DNA from: Macrostomum hystrix | Taxonomy: Eukaryota > Animalia > Platyhelminthes | Assembly (NCBI GenBank): GCA_950097015.1 | Contig: CATNEN010000038.1 | Location: 1,798,001-1,862,000, forward strand | DNA: 64,000 bases | Direction: 5' to 3' | In this document: positions 45,173 through 59,060 of the stretch, piece by piece | Layout of the letters: the number at the start of each line of letters is the position of its first letter | Numbering within the stretch: the first letter of the stretch is position 1 | Position numbers and translations under genes: made by a program | The notes under the pieces: generated by a model | Seen by the model: the letters and a program-made list of their open reading frames with translations, nothing else | Told to the model about the DNA's origin: nothing | The model's database searches: none

Positions 45173-47643
45173 TTTGCATTAAGACAAATTGGTTTAGTTT
45201 AGGCCTAGATACTTTCAGTGGCTAGTTATAGCCTGTAATATTAATGATACTAGCTATAATAGCTATTAATACTAGTAATACAAGTATTACATGGTAGCCA
45301 AAATTAGGCCAAAAGTAGCTAGTGCAGTTCTAACTAGCTAGGCACTGGGATTCTAAGGCTATAGATTTATTAGTTGTTTAGTAGGCCTAATTTACTTTTT
45401 AGGCCTAGTAATAGGCCTAGTTGTTTTATTAGTTTGGCCTATTAATAATATTGTCAACTTAAGTTATGGCTAACGCCTTTCAAGACATCACAAAAATACG
45501 CTACAATTTTTAGTCCTTTGAAAGGAATACATAGATAGCCTGGCAAACTTGGAGCTAGGCTGACAATAAAAAAGCTCCGAAACATATTTAGCTAGGCCTA
45601 TAGCTAAATGTAGATATGTAGATAGGCCAAAGCCGCAACGGTAAAAAATGTAAGCTTATACAAACCTAAAATTAGCCATATGGGCTTGTCGGGTGCACAT
45701 TAGACATTCTCGGATTGGTAAGTGGTGTCTAGGCTTGTTTTTAGCATTGTATCTTACTGTGCCGCCCCTTTCAGTTCGCGTGTTGGGTTCGGTTTAGCTA
45801 CATGTACGAGTTTAAAACTATAAACTGGGCAGTACAAAATGCAGCTAAAATTTTGCTTAAATTACTTAAAAAAACTATCGTGTCTTAGTTTTTTTCTTTC
45901 GTTATTTATATGCTTGTGTTCTTTGTTTTGCAACACTGTTGTTTTCAAACACGAATTTAAACATGTGTTCATCCATGGTTTTAAATATTTTGATATCATA
46001 TCGTTTATATTATATGATTATATTGTATTATACTTCACGTTATTTTAATTGATAAATCTTGCTTCTGATTGCCTAAAAAGTATTTTATATTGTTATTTAC
46101 TACCTTTTCTAGTTTCTAAAGCATAACATCTTTCTAGCATCATCCCACTAATTTAAAAGTGACAGTTATTATACCTTGTCTTACATTTGTTTCCTAGAAT
46201 GCAACAGTCTATTCGTACTAGGCCTAGCTACTTTACGTCCTTATTAAACATGACCTATTAAAATTTACATTAATTAGACATTCACAATTTATTGGCTAAA
46301 CTGAAACTTTGGCCAAATACTTACTACTTAATCTCTGTAGTCTCTGTAAAAGTGACTGTAATCATCCATCTCTACTGTAACCTGTAGGCCTAGTCGACTT
46401 CTAAACTACCTATGGCTATGCTCTGAAAAGTAGGTCTATGCCTGCAAGCAAAATCTATGTGGACCTAGTCCTAGGTATTTATTTTCACAATAAAGTGTAA
46501 TATCTTTAAAGACAAAGTAAGCAGCACAATAGGTCAATACAATCATCATATAAGGCTTATTTTGATTTTTGATAAGGCCTGTGTTGATAATCAAATTGAT
46601 AATCCCAAAGTTTCCATGTTGGCCTAGGACTACTTTATTGTCCATGAAATTTCATTCAGTTATAATATTTTCATTTTTGTGATATGATTTCTGAAACTTG
46701 ATTGAAATGTTTTCGGTGTCAATGTTCTTGATTGTTAAATTGTTATAATTTAGGCCATAAATGCGCAACCTCCCAAATCTTAGCCGGTTGTGCGACTTAG
46801 TTTTTGCTCTCATTTGCAACTTAGTTCGTTTCATTGCTCTATTTACGACTTAGTTTGCTCTCATTTGCTCTCTTTTTTTCTCCCCTTTTTCCTTTTCTTC
46901 ACACCTTCCTTTTTTTGTCCCGTGGTCCCCCCTTTGATTTTTTGCACTTGGTCGATTGGTTTTTGCGACTTACGTTGCTTGGCCTTCGTTTCACCCAGCC
47001 GGTTTGGCCGGGTTGGCCGGGTGTTGTGCATGTATGATTTAGGCTAGCCATAGTAACATTATTATATATTACAGTTTTAATTTTCTCTTAAAATTTTTTT
47101 TGTTTTAATGCCTTTGTTTATTTCACATTATATTTTTTCAAATATTTTATTCACCTAAAATTAATATTATGCATCATACATGGTTTTAAATATTGTTTTA
47201 AATATAACATACATGTTGCGCATGTATGTTATGCATGCTACTGTTTTTCTATCACTTATCTATATCTTTTTAAAAAATCAATTTATTCAGCCTCAAACGT
47301 CAAATAAACAGAAAAATCAGCACCCAATTGGTGTGCACACCTCAATAATAAATATATATATATATCAATTGATTTTGGTAGAAGCTATATTATACAGTTA
47401 GGCCTTTTAATCTGATGCAAAAGATCTGAAGTAAAAAAGAGAGAACTAAATTATGTTTATTAAAATGAGATTTGTAGCTTTGTAGCAAGATAATGAAAAT
47501 TTTATGTATCCTATTATATTCTATTTCCTGTACATCTGGCATTAAAGTTTCATGGAGATTAGATTGATGTGTCAATGAGTTTATCTTTCTGCCACTAATG
47601 ACTTGTATTTTGAAACTTGATTAACTTTTTAGCCAGTCTCATC

Positions 47644-50600
47644 ATGGACGAAATTGATCCAGAGGCCTGTCGCTACTGCTTGCGTCGACTTTGCTCACCC
47701 TATTTGACCTGTGTGGAATGCCGCTTGCCAATGCATCCTGCGCTGCTACAGCAGCAGGGCCAACAGCAACAGCAGCAGCGTCTGGTTCATCGCCAAACAG
47801 TCCGCCTGTGCCTGCGCTGCTTTGCATGTGGCGCCGAGTCTGGCAAGCATTCGCGTCGTCATGACTACCGATTGGAGACACTGCGTGACTGGCAGAAGCA
47901 GGCAATCTTTCACCCTGATACAGAGGCGGCTGCCGCTCACTGGTAGTTAACTTTCCAATATGTCTTTCAGATATTTTTTGTTTTTCTTCTAGAGAAGTAG
48001 TAGCTTACAGTAGCGAGTTTCGCACAATCGAGATGTCCTGAGTTCGATTCTCATGCCCTAGGAAAAACATTTGCCCTTAAGAAAACATACTTTATTCGAT
48101 TATGCTTCAGTTCATGCTGCTGTACAAATTATATATCATTGCTCATACTAATACTAGGTCGTTTGAAGAGGAGACCCGTCTATTGGACTCCATCGATGTT
48201 TTTGGCTTTGGTAATTGGAGTGACGTTGCGTCTAAAGTCGACGGTCGAACTGGGGACCAGTGCATTGAGCACTACTCGCAGTACTATATGCGAGGCGCCA
48301 TCGGCTCTAAAACATTCGCGCCCGCCGCTGCAGCCGCTGGGGCAACCGACGGCACAGCCGTGGCAACTGATAAGCCGCTTGAGATTCCCATTGTGCGGCT
48401 GGTTGAGGACCTCACCGGGGCACCGGGTGCGCCGCTATCGCCGTCCCTGTTTCAGGTTCGGACTTTTTTAATTTGTTGACCTTACTTTAACCCAAATTAT
48501 AAATCCCGTATTATCCCACAACAGAAATCCCCTAATAATAATAATAATAATAATTGCTGGAGGGCTGCGGGCAATGGCACATCTTCTAGTGACACTAGAC
48601 CCGCAGCCAGCGAGGAGGCAATTCTGCTCATTTCGCTGACTCCTGAGGACACACGCACTCAGATACTGTACGCAGGCACACGCTCACACAGGTGTGTACA
48701 TCTGCCCTGACTTTCTTATCGTCTGGCAGTGTACATTTCACTGTGGCTTTGGAGGTTGGCCCTCAAGGGCGTAAATTGCACAACAAGCCCCCAAGCCTTC
48801 TCTCCGCGGCTGCGCCTCAAATAAATGTGGCCTCGCCGTGGAATCGAACTTAGGGACAGTGGTGCGAGAGGCAAACGCGATAACCACTCTGCCACCGACC
48901 ACCACAGAAATCCCCTATTATCCCACAATAAAAATCTTAAGTTATACCACAAAAAATAGCAAATTCCACAATGAAAATCCCTAATCCTACCCAAAAATTT
49001 CCTAATCCCGCAACAGAAATCCCAAATCCCATGATTCCACGAACCCACGAACCCAGGCGCTGCCGCCAGCCGACCTGACCCAGGAGGAGGCTCAGCTGCT
49101 CGGCTTCATGCCTTTGCGCGGCGATTTCGAACGCGACTACGACAACGAAGCCGAGAGTCTGCTCTGCCAGCTGCAGCCGAGCTTCGAGCAGGACGAGCTG
49201 GACAATGCCCTCCGCGTGGCGCAGATCGACATGTACACTGGCCGGCTGCAGGAGCGTCAGAGGCGGAAGCTGATCGCCACACGGCACGGCCTGCTTCATC
49301 AGGCGATGCGCTGCATCCTGGCCAGGACCGGCCCTGCCAGCAGTTCCGCACCCTCTGTGGCCGCTTTGATCGGCGCCAGTCCCGGACCGCGTAGGCGCCT
49401 GGCTGCCAGCTACAATGCGCTGGACATTGATGACCGACTCAAGCCGTTTCTGCGCTACCTGGGCCCGGCCGAGGCGCGCCAGTTTCTATCTGGCGTGGAG
49501 CGCGAGGAGCGCCTAAAATGGGAAATTAACCAGCTGCTCAGGCTGAGAACTGCTGGGCACAAAAGGCTGCCGGGTGAGCAGTTCCTGGCACCTTGGTCAT
49601 TGTTGATTTACTATTTTTTAGGTTCATGTTTTAATACCTGGCACAGCCGCAGCGTCTCTGAGAGCTGTGTTCAGCTGTTCAGTCCGTTAATGTGCACCAT
49701 AATAACCACAGCACCATCTGATGTAGATTTTTTATTTCGCAGCTAGAGTCATACAGTTTCTCTCTAGATACGATTTGAACACCAGACCTCGGTTCTGACG
49801 TCCAAAGCTTCAACAACCGCAGGCTACAAAGATCCAACAACCGTAGGCTACAAAGATCCAACAACCACAGGCTACAAAGATCCAACAACCGTAGGCTACA
49901 AAGATCCAACAACTGTAGGCTACAAAGATTCAATAACCACAGGCTGCAAAGATCCAACAACCGCAGGCTACAAAGATTCAATAACCGCTGGCTACTAAGA
50001 TCCAACAACCGCTGGCTACTAAGATCCAACAACCGCAGGCTTACAAAGATTCAATAACCACAGGCTACTAAGATCCAATAACCGCAGGCTTACAAAGATT
50101 CAATAACCACAGGCTACTAAGATCCAATAACCGCAGGCTTACAAAGATCCAACAACCACTGGCTACTAAGATCCAACAACCACTGGCTACAAAGCTCCAA
50201 CAACCACTGGCTACGAAGATCCAACAACCGCTGGCTATTAAGATCCAATAACCGCAGGCTTAAAAAGATTCAATAACCGCAGGCTTACAAAGATCCAACA
50301 ACCACTGGCTACGAAGATCCAACAACCACAGGCTACAAAGATCCAACAACCGCAGGCTACAAAGCTCCAACAATTACTGGCTACGAAGATCCAACAACCA
50401 CAGGCTACAAAGATCCAATTACCGCAGGCTTACAAAGATCCAACAACCACAGGCTACAAAGATCCAACAACCGCAGGCTACAAAGATTCAATAACCACAG
50501 GCTACAAAGATCCAACAACCGCAGGCTACAAAGATCCAACAACCGCAGGCTACAAAGATTCAATAACCACAGGCTACAAAGATCCAACAACCGCAGGCTA

Positions 50601-52487
50601 CAAAGATCCAACAACCGCAGGCTACAAAGATTCAATAACCACAGGCTACAAAGCTCCAACAACCGTAGGCTACAAAGCTCTAACAACCGTAGGCTACAAA
50701 GCTCTAACAACCGTAGGCTACAAAGCTCCTCCTTAGTTTGTCGGATTGCTCGCAATTGCAAAAAAAAACTATACTGCCACTTTAACAGTACAAAGACTAC
50801 TATATTTTTACCCCTGTGGATGATCACGGGGTTATTTAAAATAGCCACTGCTTCACAAACCGAATGACAGATTTTCGTGAAAATCCGCCATATGAATCAA
50901 AATTAGCCGCCCTTTATTACGATGAACTCATTTTCAAATCCATACGGCGTCAGCATCGTTAGGATATTTCTGTGGTTCTTGTCGGAGACCCTGGTGACAA
51001 GGACAACTAACATTGCTCTGTATAAACTTCTATGGTGAATCCATATTGGTTTCCATTGGTTTCTCCCATAACCATTTTAGGAGAAACATAAAAAAGGAAA
51101 AATGTGGGCATTTGAAAGCCCCGGGTCTTTCAACTGTTCCTCACTTCCTTCTCTTCCTCAGCTCCTATAAACACGCACAGGCAGTCTTTCAGCCCTTGCG
51201 CTCTACTTAGATTCAAGCAAAGCTTTAAATAATAAAAAAATGTAAATTGCCACCTCCGACAGTTGATTTCTTTCCGCCGGACATTGCCTACGGCCGCGGC
51301 ATCGGCGCTGCTTCGACAGGCGTCGTCGGGCGCGGTCGCGGTCGGCCGCCCGCATTGTCGATCAGCGGCTCAACTGCTCGGCTGCAGCAGCAGCAGCCGC
51401 ATCATCGGCAGCTGAGTCATCAGCAGCGACACCAGCTGATCCGGTGTCACCGTTGGTTCCTCCCGGCTGCCGTATGCAGCGTCTGGCAGCAGCATCAGCA
51501 GCAGCGGCGTCGGGATGGCCCAGACACGAATGGTCATAAAAGCCAGCTACGGATACAATTGCGCGAGCAGCAGCAGCATAGGCGGGGAGCTAGAAGGCAG
51601 CAGCAGCCGAATGATTTGCCGGATGTTGGCCAGACAAACGGTGAGGTTTTCTGATCCGATTGAGGATCGCTAGCTCGAAAATCGGATGCTTCCATTCATT
51701 GTAGAACTTATGATAGATTAGAATTAAGAATCGATCATCGAAAATTCACAATCAATCGTTGAAAATTCAGAATCGGTCCTTCAGAATTCAAACTCGCTCA
51801 TTGAGAATTTAGAATCGGTCATTGAAAATTCGAAATCTGTCATATAGAATTTAGAATCGGTCATTCATAATTCAGAATCGGTCATTCCAATAATTCAGAA
51901 TCGATCATTCATAATTCAGAATCGGTCATTGAGAATTCGGAATTGGTCATTGTGAATTCAGAATCAGTCATTGAAAACTTACAACTGGTCATTAAAAATT
52001 CAGAATCGGTCATTTATAAAGTGTAGAATTGGTCATTTAAAGTTTAGAATTGGTCATCGAGAATTCACAATCGGTCATTTAAAGTGTTGAATTGGTCATC
52101 GATAAATCAGAATCGGTCATTTAAAGTGTTGAATTGGTCATCGAGAAAACAGAATCGGTCATTTAAAGTGTTGAATTGGTCATCGAGAATTCACAATCGG
52201 TCATTTTAAGTGTTGAATTGGTCATTGAGAACTCAGAATCGGTCGCGTTAAACAATCGTCTATTGCATTTCTCAGGTCTATCAATCAAGGTAACCCGCCG
52301 AAACGGGCACTGCATGAACGGCTTCGGCTCTTATCGCGTCTCGCCAGTGAAGCTGTCCGCTCTTCGAAAAGGCTTCGCTTCAGGCGCAGGCAGCTCCACC
52401 GCGGCCTCCTCGCCGCCGAAACGGCGTCAACGGCACAAGACTCGATTCGCGCACAAGAAAACTCACATTAGTTCGGCCGCAAAATAA
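47644..52487 (+). CDS. TADA2B: Transcriptional adapter 2 (ADA2b-like); exons 47644-47942, 48158-48455, 49057-49573, 51263-51640, 52276-52487; about 567 aa
   Basis: ZZ finger (CRYC...CVEC...LCLRCFACGAESGKHSRRHDY), SANT (W|SFEEETRLLDSIDVFGFGNWSDVA...HY) and ADA box LGFMPLRGDFERDYDNEAE. Introns are GT-AG and phase-consistent. The last two exons are less certain. Confidence 0.85.
48535..48903 (-). mobile_element. Full-length tRNA-derived SINE (family A), about 370 bp
   Basis: Minus-strand head GGTGGCAGAGTGG (A box)...AAGTTCGATTCC (B box) and a (TTA)n tail. TSD acagaaatccccta at 48521-48534 and 48904-48917. Confidence 0.88.
49810..50726. repeat. Minisatellite, 24/25-bp unit (ADA2 intron 3)
   Basis: caacaaccgcaggctacaaagatc. 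Confidence 0.95.
51720..52243. repeat. Degenerate minisatellite of about 21 bp (ADA2 intron 4)
   Basis: Variants of agaatcggtcattgagaattc. Confidence 0.85.
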
Positions 52488-52871
52488 ATAATAGTCGCTG
52501 CTGACTACTCAACTGTCCCGGCTCAGTAGTAAACAACGTTAATTTTAGTTTATTTCAGCAAAGAACGTTTTTAGAAACTGTACTTGTTGGTTGACATTAT
52601 TTTGTCACTTGGTGACCTATTTCGTAGGGTTTGTTATCTGTCAGTGTTGCATTTTTAGCTATGCTAGAATCAACTTAAATATATGTTTTAAAATTATTAG
52701 AATTAGCCTTTTTGCAGCGTTCCGGTAATGTTACTGTAATGTTACTGTTCACTTGCTGTTTATTTAATAGCTTAATAGTTTGATATCTGTCACCGGTTAA
52801 ACATGCTATCCATTCTGTTATTGTAGCAATATTTCTTTTATTTTGTTAGTCTTTCTTAAAGTGAACTCAGA

Positions 52872-55800
52872 TCGTTCAGCATCTGAATTCCCTGATCCTT
52901 CAGCATCTGAATTCCCTGGTCCTTCAGCATCTGAATTCCCTGATCCTTCAGCATCTGAATTCCCTAATCCTTCAGCATCTGAATTCCCTGATCCTTCAGC
53001 ATCTGAATTCCCTAATCCTCCAGCATCTGAATTCCCTGATACTTCAGCATCTGAATTCCCTGATCCTTCAGCATCTGAATTCCCTGATACTTCAGCATCT
53101 GAATTCCCTGATCCTTCAGCATCTGAATTCCCTGATCCTTCAGCATCTGAATTCCCTGGTCCTTCAGCATCTGAATTCCCTCCCTGATCCTTCAGCATCT
53201 GAATTCCCTGATCCTTCAGCATCTGAATTCCCTGATACTTCAGCATCTGAATTCCCTGATCCTTCAGCATCTGAATTCCCTGATACTTCAGCATCTGAAT
53301 TCCCTGGTCCTTCAGCATCTGAATTCCCTCCCTGATCCTTCAGCATCTGAATTCCCTGATCCTTCAGCATCTGAATTCCCTCCCTGATCCTTCAGCATCT
53401 GAATTCCCTGGTCCTTCAGCATCTGAATTCCCTGATACTTCAGCATCTGAATTCCCTGGTCCTCCAGCATCTGAATTCCCTGATCCTTCAGCATCTGAAT
53501 TCCCTCCCTGATCCTTCAGCATCTGAATTCCCTGATACTTCAGCATCTGAATTCCCTGATACTTCAGCATCTGAATTCCCTGATCCTCCAGCATCTGAAT
53601 TCCCTGATACTTCAGCATCTGAATTCCCTGATACTTCAGCATCTGAATTCCCTGGTCCTTCAGCATCTGAATTCCCTCCCTGATCCTTCAGCATCTGAAT
53701 TCCCTGATCCTTCAGCATCTGAATTCCCTGGTCCTTCAGCATCTGAATTCCCTGATCCTTCAGCATCTGAATTCCCTAATCCTTCAGCATCTGAATTCCC
53801 TGATCCTTCAGCATCTGAATTCCCTAATCCTCCAGCATCTGAATTCCCTGATACTTCAGCATCTGAATTCCCTGATCCTTCAGCATCTGAATTCCCTGAT
53901 ACTTCAGCATCTGAATTCCCTGATCCTTCAGCATCTGAATTCCCTGATCCTTCAGCATCTGAATTCCCTGGTCCTTCAGCATCTGAATTCCCTCCCTGAT
54001 CCTTCAGCATCTGAATTCCCTGATCCTTCAGCATCTGAATTCCCTGATACTTCAGCATCTGAATTCCCTGATCCTTCAGCATCTGAATTCCCTGATACTT
54101 CAGCATCTGAATTCCCTGGTCCTTCAGCATCTGAATTCCCTCCCTGATCCTTCAGCATCTGAATTCCCTGATCCTTCAGCATCTGAATTCCCTCCCTGAT
54201 CCTTCAGCATCTGAATTCCCTGGTCCTTCAGCATCTGAATTCCCTGATACTTCAGCATCTGAATTCCCTGGTCCTCCAGCATCTGAATTCCCTGATCCTT
54301 CAGCATCTGAATTCCCTCCCTGATCCTTCAGCATCTGAATTCCCTGATACTTCAGCATCTGAATTCCCTGATACTTCAGCATCTGAATTCCCTGATCCTC
54401 CAGCATCTGAATTCCCTGATACTTCAGCATCTGAATTCCCTGATACTTCAGCATCTGAATTCCCTGGTCCTTCAGCATCTGAATTCCCTCCCTGATCCTT
54501 CAGCATCTGAATTCCCTGATCCTTCAGCATCTGAATTCCCTCCCTGATCCTTCAGCATCTGAATTCCCTGGTCCTTCAGCATCTGAATTCCCTGATACTT
54601 CAGCATCTGAATTCCCTGGTCCTTCAGCATCTGAATTCCCTCCCTGATCCTTCAGCATCTGAATTCCCTGATCCTTCAGCATCTGAATTCCCTCCCTGAT
54701 CCTTCAGCATCTGAATTCCCTGATACTTCAGCATCTGAATTCCCTGATCCTCCAGCATCTGAATTCCCTGATACTTCAGCATCTGAATTCCCTGATACTT
54801 CAGCATCTGAATTCCCTGATCCTTCAGCATCTGAATTCCCTGATCCTTCAGCATCTGAATTCCCTGGTCCTTCAGCATCTGAATTCCCTGATCCTCCAGC
54901 ATCTGAATTCCCTGATCCTCCAGCATCTGAATTCCCTGATACTTCAGCATCTGGATTCCCTGATCCTCCAGCATCTGAATTCCCTGATCCTCCAGCATCT
55001 GAATTCCCTGATCCTTCAGCATCTGAATTCCCTCCCTGATCCTTCAGCATCTGAATTCCCTCCCTGATCCTTCAGCATCTGAATTCCCTCCCTGATCCTT
55101 CAGCATCTGAATTCCCTGATCCTCCAGCATCTGAATTCCCTGATCCTCCAGCATCTGAATTCCCTGATCCTCCAGCATCTGAATTCCCTCCCTGATCCTT
55201 CAGCATCTGAATTCCCTGATCCTCCAGCATCTGAATTCCCTGGTCCTTCAGCATCTGAATTCCCTGATCCTTCAGCATCTGAATTCCCTGATCCTTCAGC
55301 ATCTGAATTCCCTGATCCTTCAGCATCTGAATTCCCTGATCCTTCAGCATCTGAATTCCCTGGTCCTTCAGCATCTGAATTCCCTGGTCCTTCAGCATCT
55401 GAATTCCCTGATCCTTCAGCATCTGAATTCCCTAATCCTTCAGCATCTGAATTCCCTGATCCTTCAGCATCTGAATTCCCTGATACTTCAGCATCTGAAT
55501 TCCCTGATCCTCCAGCATCTGAATTCCCTGATACTTCAGCATCTGAATTCCCTGATACTTCAGCATCTGAATTCCCTGGTCCTTCAGCATCTGAATTCCC
55601 TCCCTGATCCTTCAGCATCTGAATTCCCTGATCCTTCAGCATCTGAATTCCCTGATACTTCAGCATCTGAATTCCCTGGTCCTCCAGCATCTGAATTCCC
55701 TGATCCTTCAGCATCTGAATTCCCTGATCCTTCAGCATCTGAATTCCCTCCCTGATCCTTCAGCATCTGAATTCCCTGATCCTTCAGCATCTGAATTCCC

Positions 55801-57032
55801 TGATACTTCAGCATCTGAATTCCCTGGTCCTCCAGCATCTGAATTCCCTCCCTGATCCTTCAGCATCTGAATTCCCTGATCCTTCAGCATCTGAATTCCC
55901 TCCCTGATCCTTCAGCATCTGAATTCCCTGATACTTCAGCATCTGAATTCCCTGGTCCTTCAGCATCTGAATTCCCTCCCTGATCCTTCAGCATCTGAAT
56001 TCCCTGATCCTTCAGCATCTGAATTCCCTGATACTTCAGCATCTGAATTCCCTGGTCCTCCAGCATCTGAATTCCCTGATCCTTCAGCATCTGAATTCCC
56101 TGATACTTCAGCATCTGAATTCCCTGGTCCTCCAGCATCTGAATTCCCTGATCCTTCAGCATCTGAATTCCCTCCCTGATCCTTCAGCATCTGAATTCCC
56201 TGATACTTCAGCATCTGAATTCCCTGATACTTCAGCATCTGAATTCCCTGATCCTCCAGCATCTGAATTCCCTGATACTTCAGCATCTGAATTCCCTGGT
56301 CCTTCAGCATCTGAATTCCCTCCCTGATCCTTCAGCATCTGAATTCCCTGATCCTTCAGCATCTGAATTCCCTCCCTGATCCTTCAGCATCTGAATTCCC
56401 TGATACTTCAGCATCTGAATTCCCTGGTCCTTCAGCATCTGAATTCCCTGATCCTTCAGCATCTGAATTCCCTCCCTGATCCTTCAGCATCTGAATTCCC
56501 TGATACTTCAGCATCTGAATTCCCTGGTCCTTCAGCATCTGAATTCCCTGATACTTCAGCATCTGAATTCCCTGGTCCTTCAGCATCTGAATTCCCTGAT
56601 CCTCCAGCATCTGAATTCCCTGATCCTTCAGCATCTGAATTCCCTGATACTTCAGCATCTGAATTCCCTGGTCCTTCAGCATCTGAATTCCCTGATACTT
56701 CAGCATCTGAATTCCCTGGTCCTTCAGCATCTGAATTCCCTGATACTTCAGCATCTGAATTCCCTGATCCTCCAGCATCTGAATTCCCTGATCCTTCAGC
56801 ATCTGAATTCCCTGATCCTTCAGCATCTGAATTCCCTGATCCTTCAGCATCTGAATTCCCTGATCCTCCAGCATCTGAATTCCCTGATCCTTCAGCATCT
56901 GAATTCCCTGATCCTTCAGCATCTGAATTCCCTGATCCTTCAGCATCTGAATTCCCTGATCCTTCAGCATCTGAATTCCCTGATCCTTCAGCATCTGAAT
57001 TCCCTTATTCGTTAGTATCTGAATTCCCTGAT
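52872..57032. repeat. 4.2-kb satellite, 24-bp unit (28-bp variant), with an 812-bp higher-order duplication
   Basis: cagcatctgaattccctgatcctt. Shadow-ORF patterns recur at +812 (for example 53318/54130, 53370/54182, 53494/54306). Confidence 0.97.
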
Positions 57033-57565
57033 CTTAGTAAGTCAGGTATATGGCTACTTATTCCATGATCGCATTGTGTAACTATTACGATGAACTACAG
57101 TATTGTTAGTAACTCGTATGTATATTATTATCTCTAAGCTTGCCCATATTGAGTTATTGGCTTGCTGTACACCTAAAGCTTATCTGGTGTTTAAAACGAA
57201 TGATATATTTATAAATTAACAAATCACGCTTGATTCTGTATCAATATTATGCTTCTTTGAAATGCTTTCATTTTATGCCGCTTTTTTGCTTAGCTGCAAA
57301 TTTTAGAATTCATTTTTTCTATGTAAAGTCTGAATCAAAAGGCATTTCGCATTAGTTTATGATTAGCCTTCACCCAATGCCCCTCATCTTAAACCGTCCT
57401 GATATCCGTGCGGTCCTTGTTCAAAGTTGATAAATAAAATGAGAAGACTTGGGTCGAATGCAAGCTGCTATCGCCGTGCTCGGAGACTACAATAACGTCT
57501 GCGCTTTTTCCTTCTAGTTGCTTTCTATTTTGCACGGGACGAATTTATGGCAAAAAGTAAAGTAG

Positions 57566-58135
57566 CCTGTTAGATAGTGACCCACCTGTTAGACAGTGGA
57601 TCACCTGTTAGACAGTGGATCACCTGTTAGACAGTGGATCACCTGTTAGACAGTGACCCACCTGTTAGACAGTGGATCACCTGTTAGACAGTGGATCACC
57701 TGTTAGACAGTGGATCACCTGTTAGACAGTGGATCACCTGTTAGACAGTGACCCACCTGTTAGACAGTGGATCACCTGTTAGACAGTGGATCACCTGTTA
57801 GACAGTGACCCACCTGTTAGACAGTGACCCACCTGTTAGACAGTGACCCACCTGTTAGACAGTGGATCACCTGTTAGACAGTGACCCACCTGTTAGACAG
57901 TGACCCACCTGTTAGACAGTGACCCACCTGTTAGACAGTGACCCACCTGTTAGACAGTGACCCACCTGTTAGACAGTGACCCACCTGTTAGACAGTGACC
58001 CACCTGTTAGACAGTGACCCACCTGTTAGACAGTGACCCACCTGTTAGACAGTGACCCACCTGTTAGACAGTGACCCACCTGTTAGACAGTGACCCACCT
58101 GTTAGACAGTGACCCACCTGTTAGACAGTGACTCA
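57566..58135. repeat. Minisatellite, 19-bp unit
   Basis: cacctgttagacagtg(acc/gat), about 30 copies. Confidence 0.95.
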
Positions 58136-58735
58136 CGGAAATATGTGAGATTCTCAAGGGCCAGGTTTCACTGAAAGACATTTTTTACAGTTTCGGCATG
58201 AAACAGCAGCGAAATAGAAAAAGTTGACACAGAAATGTGTCACACTCAGCCATTGATACACGTTCCGAAGTCTAAAAAACTTCTTGCTAATTTTTTTTTC
58301 ATTCAGATAACAAGAGCAGTGCGCTCAGTGTCCCCTACATGTATTAAGTTATCTCGCGTGGCCGCACTAGAATTAATAAAACCACTTTACAAGAACAAGT
58401 TAGGAGAGCCGACTTGACTGAATGCCGACTTTTATCGCTCAGGTATTTCTTGGAAACCATGCAGTGCTGGGCGCCATGAAAAACGCCCACCCGCCTGATT
58501 GCATTCGTTCTATTAGTTTCGATTGCATCAAATTCTAATGTACTCGTAGTGTTGCGCTAAACTCAGCAAATTTATATAGTACGTTAAATCCGTTTTAAGC
58601 TTAACTTTGCACAGCATAACATAAGGGTTGGACAAATGCGTTGAGGCCTGTTGTTCTGTATGCAAGTTTTCACATTTTCTTTTCATGGATTGAGACGAAA
58701 TTGCGCTGAGAATTAACAGTAGAAAGAGCGCGATG

Positions 58736-59060
58736 GCCTACTTCCCAATAGCCTACTTCCCAATGGGCTACTTCAATAACCTACTTCCCAATAGCCTACT
58801 TCCCAATAGCCTGCTTCACAATAGCCTACTTCCCAATAGCCTACTTCCCAATAGCCTACTTCACAATAGCCTACTTCACAATAGCCTACTTCCCAATAGC
58901 CTACTTCCCAATAGCCTACTTCACAATAGCCTACTTCCCAATAGCCTACTTCCCAATAGCCTACTTCACAATAGCCTACTTCACAATAGCCTACTTCCCA
59001 ATAGCCTACTTCCCAATAGCCTAATTCCCAATAGCCTACTTCCCAATAGCCTACTTCACA
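58736..59060. repeat. Minisatellite, 15-bp unit
   Basis: aatagcctacttc(c/a)c. Confidence 0.95.

Noticed and set aside
52818-56994. Many MLKDQGIQ / GNSDAEGS ORFs
   Set aside because: Translations of a 24-bp satellite; the 28-bp variants break the frame repeatedly.
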